A stretch of DNA of 64,000 nt from Octopus vulgaris (GCA_951406725.2 OX597822.1:15066001-15130000), one strand, 5' to 3'. Shown: positions 1-13,760, counted from the stretch's first letter. Notes: a model not told the origin generated them from the letters alone. Program-made: numbers and translations.

Positions 1-158
1 ATCGACCCCAGTGCGTAACTGGTACTTATTTAATCGACCCCGAAAAGATGAAAGGCAAAGTCGACCTCGGCGGAATTTGAACTCAGAACGTAGCGGCAGA
101 CGAAATACCGCATAGCATTTCGCCCGGCGCGCTAACGATTTTGCCAGCTTGCCGCCTT
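1..158 (-). mobile_element. tRNA-derived SINE family B, 3' part cut by the window edge
   Basis: The reverse complement starts AAGGCGGCAAGCTGGCAAAATCGTTAG (A-box-like) and contains GAGTTCAAATTCC (B-box-like), followed by the body GTCGACTTTGCCTTTCATC...GGGGTCGATTAAATAAGTACCAG. The same sequence recurs at 21468, 36335, 46576, 54896 and 63535. Confidence 0.85.
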
Positions 159-422
159 AATCACAAAATAGAATGCATAACATTATATCAAACAAACGTA
201 ACCGGTATTCGAAAAATAATGAATTTAATGAATACGATGGAAATAGTTCTTAAAACTAATTAGTAATGTGTAAGTGAAAAGAAAACTTAACAAAAGCCCA
301 AGATTAATTATAAAGAGCACTATAGGCGAGAGGACATACTTCAGCAGAAAATAAATCTCCCAAAGATAATGGTGTGGTAAATTCTTCGATAGGTGTGACA
401 TATGTATATATGTGTGTGTGTC

Positions 423-470
<48 letters not shown>

Positions 471-1689
471 TGTGTGAGTGTGGGTATGTCCTCTACAACT
501 CTTTCCCTCTCCTACAACGTGGTCGCTGTCCGGCCAAGGCATTTTCATCCTGTTTCCACCGGCCGCCATCCAGACCAGTCACGTTCGTCTATCCTCCCGC
601 TCGGTCTATGACTTTCCATTTCTCTTCTGGACCAGTCTACTATGTTCGTCTGATAGTCGAAAGACTTTCTGTTATTTATTCATCTTTTAATTGTACAATT
701 ATTTTCATTTTGTAGTAAAGCCGAGAGGCGTTTGTCCATTGTATATGTACTATTCCTTTTCTGTTGCACTTGTATTATTTTTTTCATCACGTTACGTTCG
801 TCTAACAGCCGATTGACCCTTTCTTTATTTATTTGAAAATTCGCAATCATTTTCGTTTTGCTGTATAGCCGAAGGGTGTATGTCTGTTGTATGTGCATAA
901 TTCTTGCTTTCTTGTACTTGTTTTCGTTTGCTTTTTCCAAGAAGTTGAATGCATTTAGCGTAACCCTTTTGGCACTAGCTGGGTTCGAGCGGTCTCAGTG
1001 AGTGCAATGAGTGCAAAACTAGTAGGACTTTTCCAAGTAAGTTTTATCTTAATAACTACGATGAGCACTCTTCTATTTCTACTATCTCTTCTCTGTTTAT
1101 ATCTCTCCCTCTCTTGTTCTTCACTCCTTCTGGTTTTTTCTCCCACCCTTCTCTATTCTTCTCCTCTCCTCTTCACCGTTCCCTCTCTCTCACTCTTTCT
1201 CCTTAACTCTCTCGTCGCTGACACGTGACGAAAGGGAATCTATCTTTCTGCCCATTTTCTTCATAAAAACAACACGTGCTTATACCTGTCTCCACTCATA
1301 AGCTTGTCTTCCTAAGCGTTCATAATAATTTTTCTATCGTCTTGGCTTAATAGCCCTCACCGTTTGTTTTTACTGTCTTGTTCTCACTGTTCTGTTCTTG
1401 TTACTAACTTTCACCCCCAGCAAAAAATTCCCAAATTTTATTTAATTTGCTTTGCGGTGTACCCGGTAATTCCCGAGGATAAAGATGTTCTATTTAAGTA
1501 CCTTATTACTCTATTATAAAAATCAATTTCGTTATAACTGCCACAAAAGCTGTATTTTTCTTCGTGAAAAAGTACCAAAAACAAACTGTGAGCTCGATAA
1601 GGGAGAGATTGTCGGAGGTTGGCGAGAGAGGTTTTCTAAGGTTGCCGGTGGGAGAGGCATCTTTGTTCCAAAATTTCAGTCTTGTAGGG

Positions 1690-1815
1690 CTACGTGATAA
1701 CAATGCTCTTGGTTTTGCCGTTGGGTGCATAGATGAATAAAGTCTCTGGATTTCCAACTCTAGAGCATCCGACATAGAGCTGTCCGTGAGACAAAAACCC
1801 GGGCTGGGACACACT
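1690..1815 (-). mobile_element. Helitron RepHel fragment (PIF1-like helicase C-terminus)
   Basis: Translation SHGQLYVGCSRVGNPETLFIYAPNGKTKSIV matches the Helitron helicase terminal motif F(S/T)HGQLYVAxSRV...G.T.NVV. Confidence 0.8.
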
Positions 1816-2710
1816 TATTAAATACGTTCTGGAATCAAAAATGTATCTACTGCCATCGAAAAAGTTTAACTGGAAAAATGGAGAATTATCGGAGTTATGA
1901 GCATTCAAAGTGTAATGAAATTTCATTGAAAACCCTGCATGTATTGCCAGCATTTAGTTATTTGGAGATGTTGAAAAATTGTCTATTAATGCAACGTCTA
2001 AATTAATTACAGCAATATGCATATAACTGTTTAGATATTGAAGTATAATAGACGAAGAATAATTGTATGTCAAATATAATGAATCGGAGACTAACTTGAG
2101 ATCGCTGTTGTCGCATTAGAGCAGCTTGTGAAGTATAAGTACCCACTCGTACTCTTACTCGACATGGCATTTTAAAGGTTAACTTTATCAAGGCTAATTT
2201 ATTGAAGCCAATATATAAATGTATATGCGCAAAAGTATGTATAAAAATGTATGAATGAAGTCTTTAAGGTTTAAGATTCAAATCGTGAAAGTGCAATAAT
2301 AAGGTTTAGCAGTTCAAAACTGTGAGTAGTGAAATGCAGAATTAGGTCCGCTGATCGTGAGAATCAAATATTGATCGCTTCGCTAAAAACTGACAATTGT
2401 AAATGCAGGTGCTATGGGTTACTTTCCTTGGGTGCTTAAATAAAATATATTAGTTATATGTAGTAGATACATGGATCCCGTCTCGGGGTCCTATTATCGA
2501 CTTTTTCAACAATCTCAGTATGTCACGAGGTTTCCAGACATGAGTTCTACTCACCTGGGAAATTTCATTAATATTGATAAAACGATGTAGGAGTTAGCTA
2601 ACAACTTCACAAACACGCCCACAGACAGAATTTCCCACATGTGCAGCATATATACATGTATGTATGTATGTATGTATGTATGTATGTATGTATGTATGTA
2701 TGTATGTATG

Positions 2711-2800
2711 TTGGGCTAAAAAGTCACATTCGATCACAGCACCAGTAATAGTTAAGCTTCCTGCAAAGGCCATACTCGATAACGAGGGGGCAGCCATAAT
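2711..2800 (+). mobile_element. RTE-clade LINE 3' terminal fragment inside (TATG)n
   Basis: Encodes GLKSHIRSQHQ* followed by the tail GGCCATACTCGATAACGAGGGGGCAGCCATAAT. Homologous to the minus-strand copy at 44898-44990. Confidence 0.75.
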
Positions 2801-3109
2801 GTATGTATGTATGTATGTATGTATGTATAAGAATTTATGTTCAATGGTATTCTAATTATTGTTCATCCATCAGTTTCATAAGTGTATACAAATGCGTTTC
2901 ATCTGCACCATGTATTGTTTGAATGTATACAAGTCGATTTCACTTAATGTAGCCAAGAGTTTGGAAGTGAAATGTGGGTAAAACTTGTGATTTTTTAAAA
3001 TTGACAATAAACCTCTCAGCTAAATCTTTCTAAATTCACAAAAGAACCTCGTGGGCGTCTTGTCACATCAAACCTATATATGTGTGTATAAATGTTCATA
3101 CAGCATTCA

Positions 3110-3436
3110 ATGCTTGCAGCCTGGGGCTCATAATCGCGACGTTGTGAGTTCGATTTCCGGACTTACGGTGTGTCTTGTTCTTGAGCAAGACACTTTATTT
3201 CACGTTGTTCCAGTTCACTCAGCTGTAGAAATGAGTTGCGACGTCACAGGTGCCAAGCTGTATCGGCCCCTTTGCCTTTCCCTTAGATAACACTGGTGGC
3301 GTGGAGAGGGGAGGTCGGTATTCATGGGCTAACCTTCCACAAACAACCTTCCTCATTTTTGAGCCACGGAGGGGAATTTTCTATCCCATGGTCATTCAAT
3401 CCCATGGTCATTCATAACCGATGGGGGTCTTTACCC
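3110..3436 (+). mobile_element. tRNA-derived SINE family C
   Basis: B-box-like GAGTTCGATTTCC, then the CORE-like TTGTTCTTGAGCAAGACACTTTATTTCACGTTG. The head is shared with 60266-60485. Confidence 0.65.
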
Positions 3437-3595
3437 GTTAATTATATATATAAATCCATATGTGTGTGGCAGGTCGCGGTTGTGAAAGCAGACCATTTTT
3501 GATATATACGTATATATATATATATATGAATATGCATAGATATATATGTATACAGTTTCATTTGTGTACGCTTGAAAATATGTGTGTGTGCGTGT

Positions 3596-3638
<43 letters not shown>

Positions 3639-4369
3639 ACCTACGTATGTGTGTGTGTGTTATACCTACGTATGTGTGCATGTGTTTTAAATATGTTTTG
3701 CTAATGTCTGATAAATGAAACTCTCAGCATCCTCGATATAAATTATTCCAACAGACACAGCATCTCTCACTGAACCTATAAAATCCAAAACATTTCAACT
3801 CTTAAGCCATTATATGTTCCTTTTGAATAGGAGGAGAATCTTTAGAAATGCGAAAGCCGTTATTGAGTAAATATCTTTTTACAACAACAGGTTAAGCAAG
3901 CCAGTAGTAATATAAAATTATGATTGTGTACAAGAATCGGTAGATGTTGTTGAATGAATTTATAAGATGTTATAGTAATCAGCGTATTGTTGATATCTTT
4001 CATAGCTTTTAAAATTCGCCAATAAAATATTTTTGTCATCAAAGAGCTTTTGTTAGATTCGAGTTTCTGAAATCAACAGATAGAATAGTAAAATTGTTTC
4101 ATTGCAGTCTTTATCAATAATAATTTCGTTTCATTATAATAAACACAAAAGAACAGAGTAGATTTACACTCAGTATCCTACGTTATATTATGGTTTATAA
4201 TATTATAGTACTGCCACTAACAACGTGAAGAGCTTTGCAAAGGAGCTCATTGTTAATGCAACGAAATACAAACCGATTGAATGAAGGATCGTGCTCAGTT
4301 CCAAGAACTAATGCTCCATATGAAACGGTTCGAGGCCAATAGGAAGTGCACTTTAGTGACAATATTAAA

Positions 4370-4753
4370 CATGTCGCCATGCTGAGGCAACGGCCTGAAA
4401 GGTTGAATGAAACAGATCGAATCCAGTGCTGATATTTTAAAAAAAAGGATTGATGTTTATTTTTATGGTCTTTTGCCGAAACGCTAATTAGGAGGACGTA
4501 AACAAATCTGCACAAGTTGTTAATCGATGGTTTGGCAAACACATATACACACACACTCACGCACGCACACATACATACACACACATTAATTGACGGTCTT
4601 CGAAATGGACTGCGTCTACCAAATTCACTTACAAGGTATTGGTCGGTCTTGGGTTATAAGAGGAGATACTTGCTTAAGATGCTGCCCATTCAATCTGAAC
4701 CCGAAAGCATGTAGATACAAATCAAGTGTCTTAACCACACAGCGATCCCTGTG
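4370..4753 (-). mobile_element. SINE family A, diverged copy
   Basis: Reverse-complement similarity to 53591-54016 (ACCACACAGC, CGTCTACCAAATTCACTTACAAGG, GCCGAAACGCTAA). Confidence 0.7.
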
Positions 4754-5100
4754 CACATTTTGGAAAAATACTGAAAATTAGTTTGTGTCTCCTCTTTCCA
4801 TATTAAGGTCAGAATTTCCCACGGACTTAGTTTTAACAAAATTTATGTTACAAAATCGAGAATAATCACATAAAACGGGGGACACTAGTTTAAACAATTT
4901 AAATTCTCGTTAATACTTTGGGGATAATGGATTTTGATGTTAAAGTTCAGATATAAATATCATATGCAATTGTGGAACGTTTGGTAGCTTCCATTTAGTA
5001 ATTCTGACTTCATTTATCCAACGCTGTTTCTGTAATTGTCAACCACAGACTTGTTACTAAAGGCAATGAACCAAAATCAACCAAAATCTCATTAGGCCTT

Positions 5101-5206
5101 GGAGTGGCTGTGTGGTAAGTAGCTTGTTTACAAACCACATGGTTCCGGGTTCAGTCGCATTGTGAGTGGATTTGGTAGACGGAAACTGAAAGAAGCCCGT
5201 CGTATA

Positions 5207-5263
<57 letters not shown>

Positions 5264-5489
5264 ATACGTTTGTGTGTCTGTGTTTGTCCCCCCAACATCA
5301 CTTGACAACCGATACTGGTGTGTTTACGTTACCGTAACTTAGCAGTTCGGCAAAAAGAGACCGATAGAATAAGTACTAGGCTTACAAAGAATAAGTCGTG
5401 GGGTAAATTTGCTCGACTAAAGGCGGTGCTCCAGCATGGCCAAAGTCAAATGACTGAAACAAGTAAAAGAGTAAAAGAGTAAAAGAGTA
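5101..5489 (+). mobile_element. SINE family A (tRNA head, internal microsatellite, (AAAAGAGT)n tail), small internal deletion
   Basis: GGAGTGGCTGTGTGGTAAG...GGGTTCAGTC head; GGCGGTGCTCCAGCATGGCC...TGACTGAAACAAGTAAAAGAGT tail. Confidence 0.85.
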
Positions 5490-5874
5490 TCTCATTTCTG
5501 ACAGGCCCAGGAATACTCTACAACTGCAGACAGCAAACTGCGAATCTCTTCTTCTGAAACGAAAGAAACGTATCGTTCTCTTCTTGTATAATATCTTTGT
5601 CTGTTTTTCTGTCATATTTAACAACGTTTTGTGTATACTCTTTACAGCATTCATATATCTACACTGAACACACGAGTCTTGCAACCTTGTTCAACCGGGA
5701 TTAATCAATTCCGCTGGAATCTATATGTTTTGCTCAGCTGCCAAAAGAATAATCGAAGAAACATTTTCAATTGGTTTTACATTAGAGCAGCACCCATAAT
5801 ATAAATTGAAAACGCTTTGTTTGTAATGTATGAAGTTGTCAAATGACTGTTACAAGTGATATGAGTCTTCCTAT

Positions 5875-6265
5875 TGTAACGAATTAAAAGCCGTATAGCT
5901 AGTTAAGCGAGTAGATATCACGAACAAGCCACAGTAGTTTCACGTGATCGACCGATCAATCGACCAATTAGCGTCAAACCGTCTCGTGAATCGAATTTCT
6001 TGAACTTTCATTTTGTGCCTATATAAAGCCACTTTTGTCGCTAACCCATTGCAAAATATTTGAAGGTGGCTGAGTGAGAGGCGCCTCCACTCTAGCCAGA
6101 CAACACACGCACACGGCTAACACAAATTGTAGACTGCTGAAGCAGCCAATTTAATGTTTCCACTCCCATGACAGTCATTAATGCAGCGTAATTATTTTCC
6201 AGTTGTGATTGGCCAGCTACTGATTGATACGTAGCAGTTATTTCGCCGTAAATTCCAGTATTACA
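5875..6265 (+). mobile_element. Possible solo LTR
   Basis: TGTAA...TTACA inverted termini and an internal CCTATATAAAGCC TATA box near 6017. The 5-bp flanks CCTAT/TCTTT match only partly. Confidence 0.35.
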
Positions 6266-7707
6266 TCTTTCCCAGGGATTAATCGGTATTATTTTTCATC
6301 CAAAGTCCATCAGATAAAACACTAGGTGCAGTAAATAAAGCTTCCGTTAATTGTTTGTGAATGTTGTTAATTATTTTTATGCGCATCACTAGAAAGACAT
6401 TTTCATCCCCCACCAATACAAAGCATAATAACATCCTCACAACATTGGTGACTCCGAACATAATAGTTCCTGGTCGGCTAGATATAAATAGTTTTGCCAA
6501 ACCTGGCTGGAATCAGAGAGCCTAAAAAGCTGGAATATTTCAAAGGTTCATTCTGAGTTTTGTGTGGTAAGTATTTGGTTATGGGTTTTGTTTCAAGCCT
6601 CTGACATTTCTTCAAAACCTACAAACTAGATAGGGATGAATGGAGAAATTAGATGCAGCGAGATTTAAGCTCAGAATAGCAAGAACTGAAAAATACCACT
6701 ATGGATCTTGTTCTTTGTTGTAATAGTTCTGTCAACCCACGCTCCTTGGATTGGCATTTTGTGGTATCCGTAATTCAAGAGTAGTTTACTTGAGCTGGTC
6801 TTGAATTCAGAATGCAAGCGATCGAAACAAATACGATAATCTGATTATCTCTTACAGTCTTATGTTATTTGCTATTGACTTCCAAAGTATGAAATCCAAA
6901 TCAACATTGAAATGTAAAGGGGACTTAACTCAGTAATATTCCAAATATTTTTAGCTAAGGTTCTATGTAGCAAGTGATTTCACAGGGATATGTGAGGAGA
7001 TGAATATCAGTTTGAACCTAAATTGTTTCCAATCTCCAATTTTTTATTCTGTCACACCTACCACATCGATATCCTCCCTGCGTGTTTGTTCCATTTCACT
7101 CCCAATAGACAATAATTTAAAACAACGCCACTGTGGGAGTTTCTAAGAGTTCGATTGATATGAGGCTATCAGCATAACATTCTACCATCTTCACGAAAAC
7201 TGATGTACGATATTGTAGCTGAGGTAGATTGTCAGGAAGTAGAGATGGTCACAGTGAAAACGCTTTCGTAAATAAACTTGTTACGATTCTGGTCGTTCTC
7301 GAGCTAAACCACATCCATGTCTTTGCTGCTAGAATCAATGATGTAACAAGTCACTCCTTGCGTCAACCATACACTAAGCTTGTAAAGAGAAATATTGCTT
7401 GTTATGAAATTAACCTTTTCATTAAAAACTCGTCGTAAAATATGAAATTACTACATTGTCGTATCATATTGAAACTTCTTATATGCATAATTAACATAAT
7501 TTTTCAAAGAGAGAATAATTTATTGTAAGTGTTCGTAATAACTTTAAATTTACTAGGAATGTTCTTTGAGAAAGGTATGGAAACCTCAACCAGAATTGTT
7601 CTGAAAATGAAGACAACCAGGTGAATCAAACGTTATTGGAGGTAGGGTCTTTGGCAAAAGAATGTGAAATAATCAGCATTGAACAAACGTAGATGCATAC
7701 GTACATA

Positions 7708-7795
<88 letters not shown>

Positions 7796-9849
7796 TACAT
7801 ACAAATATGTGTGAGTAAATATGAGTACATCACTTCCCTTAAAGTGTTGTGTATTCATAACAATCGCAATTCCCTGGTGTAAGGACATTTCGAGACACCA
7901 CAGTGTTTTAGCAGCGTTATACGAATTGATAGTCGAAACCACCTCACCGGATCGATGATTCTCACAAGGTGCAAACTTATGTTTATCGGAATCATCAAAC
8001 GATGTGTGCACTTATTTGCCAAACAGATGCACACATTTCTATGAATGCACGAATGCACATATGTTTATATGGGTGTGTTCGTGTGCCTTATTTAGCTGCA
8101 AATTTTCTTGAGTAACACGGACGTAGCGTTACACCCCAAAAATATATGTATATACTCTATTTCACGTATTGAGTTTTCTTTCTTGTTTGTATCTTCAAGC
8201 ACACACAGATCTCCATAACTGAACGTGTCTGCCTGTATATATATCTACCTATCTGTTTTATCTCTCTCTCTCTCTCTCTTTCGCTGTCTCTATCTGTTCA
8301 TCTATCTAATGTTATTCAGGGTAAATGATATATAAACCGAGTGTATTGATACCTAGTCGTTCCTCTGTTTTTCCTTTCTTCTCTTTATTAGACATTGTTA
8401 TATGTCTTCGGATTATCTTCTTGTACATCTGCCGTTATTGCCTGATATCGATTTTGATTTTGGCAGATTTACATTACCATTAATCGGCATATAAGAATAG
8501 ATTTTGCTTATTGACAACTTCACTTTCGGGTAATATTACTTTCACTTAGAATGTGTGTTGAAATATCTATATTGTTATAGATTACAGTTCATCAAATGTT
8601 ATTCTTGCATCACAGTGGTATTTATTTGAAATAAGTTTTGGATTTTATCGTTATTGCTATCACCGTATAGATTATTCAACTTTCCTTTTTATGAACCAAT
8701 AAAGGTATATATTGTATATGAAAAATTGTACAGAAGCCAAATCTGTTCATGTTTGTGTATAAAACAAGTTTCTGGTTTTTTTTTTTCCTTTTTGTTTTTC
8801 TCTCTTTTTCACTTCATAAGTAAGTATATGATGCTCGATCGTTTCTGCTAACTGGCATAAATACAATAGATGAAAGGAAATAAAGAACGAAACGAACGCA
8901 AAAGCGGGAGAGATAAAGAGGTTGAAAGATAAAAAGAAGCCGGTGACAGAAAGAAACAGAAAGAGATATGATAATGGAGAAAATAAATTTTACGAGTAAC
9001 TTGAATAACATTTAAATGTACAGATAAATGAAGTCGCATATTTATTTTACTTTATATATGCGTTCGTGTGAAATCTTGACAGCTTTTAAAACACGTTCAT
9101 ATTTACATTTCAAACGCTCATAATTTTTTTTCTGTTTCTTTTTGTGTGTGTAAAAAGGATCTCCTACGATAAGTGCTCAGCACTGCTTTTATGTACGAAG
9201 AATTCATTCTCTTAAGAATGCAGTGAATCACGAGTAGCATTCGCAAAGGATTCACGACTTTGTGTAATAATCCCCTGCATCTTAATCAGATAATGTGCTG
9301 TATCTTCTCGAAAATTCTCTAAACTGCTACACATAATTATCTGTAGGTAGTTGTACGCAGGAAAGAGTCCCTTGTTGGTTATGGAGGGGAATTAAACTGG
9401 AAACCAAGAAGGAAAGATGAGTAGTGATCTGGACACCACAACTGACTTACAAACGGGAGGGTGTTACGTTCCAGGATCGAAATTCAATGATCGATGGATA
9501 CTGTAAGATGACATCTAATTCTTTCAGATCAAAGCTACATTTACCAAACGTATATGAAGAAGAAGCACCATCTTTTAGAAATGATCGATATCTTGGTCAA
9601 CAATAAAAATCAATGCGCAGAAAACATTAAGTTAGATCTCACAATCCTCAAATTTGTTAACCTCATAAGTTATCAAAACTTTATATCCTACCAAGAAAGC
9701 AAGCCAGCCATGTAACCATAATTACTGAGTAGCGTTTAAAGAATGGCTTGCAGTTTGGCTGCCGGAGCGACATTACATGCTTAGCCTTTGAATAACCCAG
9801 TATATCGGAGATAAATTAATGATTATACTCAAAGAAGACTGAGAAGTGG

Positions 9850-9850
<1 letters not shown>

Positions 9851-9924
<74 letters not shown>
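9851..9924. repeat. (TCTA)n microsatellite
   Basis: Direct inspection. Confidence 0.95.
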
Positions 9925-9926
<2 letters not shown>

Positions 9927-10025
9927 CTTTGTCTGTCTGTCTGTTTGTCTGTCTGATCTTCCCATTTTTCTAGCTACGTGCATATACATACATATACGTA
10001 TATATAAAATGTTTCTCATATATAT

Positions 10026-10076
<51 letters not shown>

Positions 10077-10089
10077 CTGCCACAGGTTG

Positions 10090-11760
10090 GTATATATAAA
10101 ATTAGGTAGCGGAGGTTTAATCAATGCGTTCACACGACCTACTTCGTGAGGTTACCACACCGAGAGGACAGCACATGCTGGGGGCAAAAAAAAAAAAAAA
10201 CTGCCGAAAGAAACGAATGGAATTATACAATGAAAGATGAAATAAAGTCACTCGACACCCACCTCCGACCGACTTCATTGAACCTGTACCAACACCATTT
10301 ACATTACCCTTTGTAACAGCCAACTTGATACATCATTTCAACACAATTATTTACAAAATAGTTAATCAATATTTTTTCCAAACTGTTTATATTATATTTT
10401 TTAAATGTCCACGAACCTGTTTTTTTCGGCATTGTCCTGGTGTCTGTTGTTTCAGACCACCTCTCACAGTCACAATTTTCCGTATACTTATGCACATTCC
10501 ACAGGTTCTCCAGGTCAGCCAGCACAATAATCGTTCTCGGGCAACCCCCCTACACCTGCTATATCCACCTTGACTATTCCGTCCCACGAATTTACTTCGT
10601 TCTCCAGCTCCTTAGTCTGTCCATTGCACATTAATACGAATTTTTCATTACACAGCGAGGGTGGGTCGTGTTGAGGCTCCTGTGTGTTTTTCCATAGATT
10701 TTTGTCAGACTGGGCATGAGGAGAGTTAGTGTCTGTAGGCAGTGGCTGTGGGTGAGGGCCGAGTAGGTGTGAGTCCGGGTTATCTTTTACCTCGTGTGTC
10801 TTTTTCCTCCTCTTCCTGCTCTTTTTCTCTACCATTTCCCAACTGGTATTTGATTCTTCCTCCTCAACACTGGTGCCTGTTTTTTCTGTGGTTCCAGCTC
10901 ACTTATTTCTTCCTCCACAGGCAGTGTAAAGCCAACCACTTTTACTCCTATCTCCCTTTGTTCTTTTCTAGTGATGGAGGACACTCCGCTCGAATGTGGC
11001 CTTTCAGGCCACATTTATAACATCGCTGAATCCTCCCTTCAACTCTGATCTTTAAAGTCAACTCTCCCACTGTGATACTTTCGACCATTTTTTCAAGTCC
11101 TCCTCCGCGACCTGTACCACCATTTTAAGGATTTGTCCCTTGCTATTCCTGTGGGGCGTCCTAGTAGCCTGCAGGACCACCAATTCTTCCATGCCTAGCA
11201 GCAAGGCAGCCGCCACCATCCAAGCCAATTCACTTCTGGTGGTATGTCTTCTGCCCGCACCCTGGAAGTACGTCTCCCAACGTACATGGGTAGAAGCACC
11301 ACTTCGTCCATCATCAGCGGTATTGTCGAGTACAGTCTGGCAGTTACTATTTCCTTAAACTGTACCTCCACCGTTCCATATTTTCTACCCCTGGCAAGGT
11401 ATGCTATCTCCTGCCAAACAGACTTTAGTGCCTTTTACATCTGTGCTTCCGACATCACTTCTCCCAACTTCTCGCACGACACCCCTCCATTATACAAGAG
11501 GAAAAACGTCGCTCCACCAGGACAGACAAAAATTCGTGTCTACCAAACAAATCCAACAATGCAACTGAACAACCATAAACTACCTAAACGCTCTCACCAC
11601 TACTACCGACTACTAATCTTTACAAGAGTTCGGGTGGCCCATTCTTCCAATCCACCAGGGGAGTCAATAATTCTCGACACAAAAATATATATCGCAGGAC
11701 ATAGCAGCGATAACATCGCAGGCTGGAGAGAACTCGTCCATGGATCTCCGAAATCTTACC
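10090..11760 (-). mobile_element. Decayed Tx1/L1-type ORF1 (gag-like) element with a CCHC zinc knuckle; no ORF2 seen
   Basis: Minus-strand translation, with stops and frameshifts: YLARGRKYGTVEVQFKE...LLPMYVGRRTSRVRAEDIPP...ITVGELTLKIRVEGRIQRCYKCGLKGHIRAECP. The CX2CX4HX4C motif is at 10981-11022. Confidence 0.7.
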
Positions 11761-11763
11761 TGC

Positions 11764-11814
11764 ACTCTTTTACATATTTCTACTATACGGTTGCGGTCAT
11801 GCTGGAGCACCGCA

Positions 11815-11871
<57 letters not shown>

Positions 11872-12279
11872 GTGAAGGGAAGAAATGGAGCCGAACGAAG
11901 ATTCTACAAAATTCCTTTTTATTATTTTCTACACATGTTTCAAAGGCTGCAAATTCCCAAATTCGGATTGAATAAGGAGACCAAATTTCTCTTCAGGAAA
12001 ATCCAGGAATTTAAAATCTCAAAACAAATGCGCAGCAAGCTTTTCGAACAAAACGCTCCCTAGGAGCCCATGGTAAAAATGGCACAAAACTGTCTCTCAA
12101 TATGTGCTGACGTCAGCGCATATTGAGTGACAGTTTTGTGCCATTTTTTGTAGAAAATAATAAAAAGGAATTTTGTAGAATCTTCGTTCGGCTCCATTTC
12201 TTCTCTTCACTATATATATATATATATCATGCGGTGCTCCAGCATGACCGCAACCGTATAGTAGAAATATGTAAAAGAG

Positions 12280-12280
<1 letters not shown>
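11764..12280. repeat. Nested inverted-repeat (fold-back) structure
   Basis: 11764-11820 is the perfect reverse complement of 12224-12280. 11870-11932 pairs with 12149-12212. An internal palindrome spans 12075-12148, centred on GACGTC. Confidence 0.9.
11923..11993 (-). ncRNA. Degenerate hammerhead ribozyme-like motif
   Basis: Minus strand reads UUUUC-CUGAAGA-[long, poorly paired stem II]-GAAACAUGUGUA-GAAAA, with stem I UUUUC/GAAAA. Confidence 0.5.
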
Positions 12281-12321
<41 letters not shown>

Positions 12322-12673
12322 ATATTATATATATGTATATAAACACGGACACACACATATATTAGCGTAGTGTCTCAAGCATTGTAGTTTATTTGAACTT
12401 TGTATTTATGCTGGGTTGCAACCTATCAACTTTTATGACACAGGGCATATGAAACAATGAAACAATCGCAACTGTTTGAATCGATTACAAAACGGATCGA
12501 TTGAAATACTGCCTGAAACAAAGTGAGGTGAAAAATTATCGTTAGTACTTCAAGCATTGTAAATGGGTAGTGTAACAGTGCCTTCAATAATGATGGAAAA
12601 TATGTTTATGTATATATATTCATATATACAAACATACATATACATGCATATATACATATACATACATATATAC

Positions 12674-12755
<82 letters not shown>

Positions 12756-13149
12756 TATATAATATTTAAATATAAGCGTATGATATAAAGTGTATGTAGC
12801 AAAGAATGGTAGTTAAAAGAGACAGAAGCCGTATTAATATCAACAAGTTACCTTGATCGCCAACTTAACGTGTAATTTGAGTTAGAACACGGAATACAGC
12901 CTTATTTACCTTGAGCACATCTGTCATAAAGACTGGTCGTACATAAAAGTACACGTTATTATATCGTTGACAGATCACGTGTTTTCACCTTGCTCTGAGT
13001 TCCTCAGTGACAGATATCGATCTTTGCCATAACAGCTGACTATCCTATCAACGATTTATAGAATCACAGTGTCTAAACATGCATTGATGTCGCAAATAGC
13101 CAGTGGATCTATTTAAAATGCTCAACAGAGATATAAGCGGCATCAATGC

Positions 13150-13760
13150 CAAAAGGCGAATCTTGATCTCCTTGCGTATTATAATATGGTTTTCATAGAA
13201 CAATATTCAAAATGGAATCATCATTATACCTTACATAAAATTATAAAATCTGAATATTTACCCAGTTATAAAGTGATGATTTTCCTTATAAAGGAAGACT
13301 GATGAGTAGGCTGAGAGTTTGTTGGTCATATTTAATTTGACAATTTTTCCGTATATTGGTTTTTAGTGAAATAATGCTTTCAAAAACATTTCTTTGGTTG
13401 TATTTATTTTCTACATCAATGGTTCACGATCATGTTTTACCTATGGACACCTTTGATTGCTACTTTATTCTGGTGGACCCCCATAGCAATTCGATACTTT
13501 AAAACTAGTTTTATTGATTCTTCCTCCAACATTCCTATCCACACACTAACCTGAGGAGCTTGAACTATGTAAAATGTCTGATAAAGAAAACTAATTGTTT
13601 CCGACAACACGTACATCAAAATGAAAATTTTTCATGGACCTTTAAAGAACTATAGTGGATCTGCAGTTTAATATTTTGCTGGAGTGGAGCTCTCAGAATC
13701 TGGATAAGAATCACTACTCAACATGAATTTCAAAAATATTTTCATCTGTCGATTGTCAGC
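13150..13760 (+). mobile_element. Very decayed pogo/Tigger-like DDE transposase remnant
   Basis: Across frameshifts ILVDPHS...LKLVLLILPPT...*P...VKCL resembles the pogo pattern LLLDN..H...V.FLPPN.T..QP.D.G.IK.LK. Read by eye only. Confidence 0.3.

Noticed and set aside
11244-11975. Longest ORF in the track (243 aa, + strand)
   Set aside because: It is the antisense shadow of the minus-strand ORF1 remnant and runs through (TA)n. No protein motif is present.
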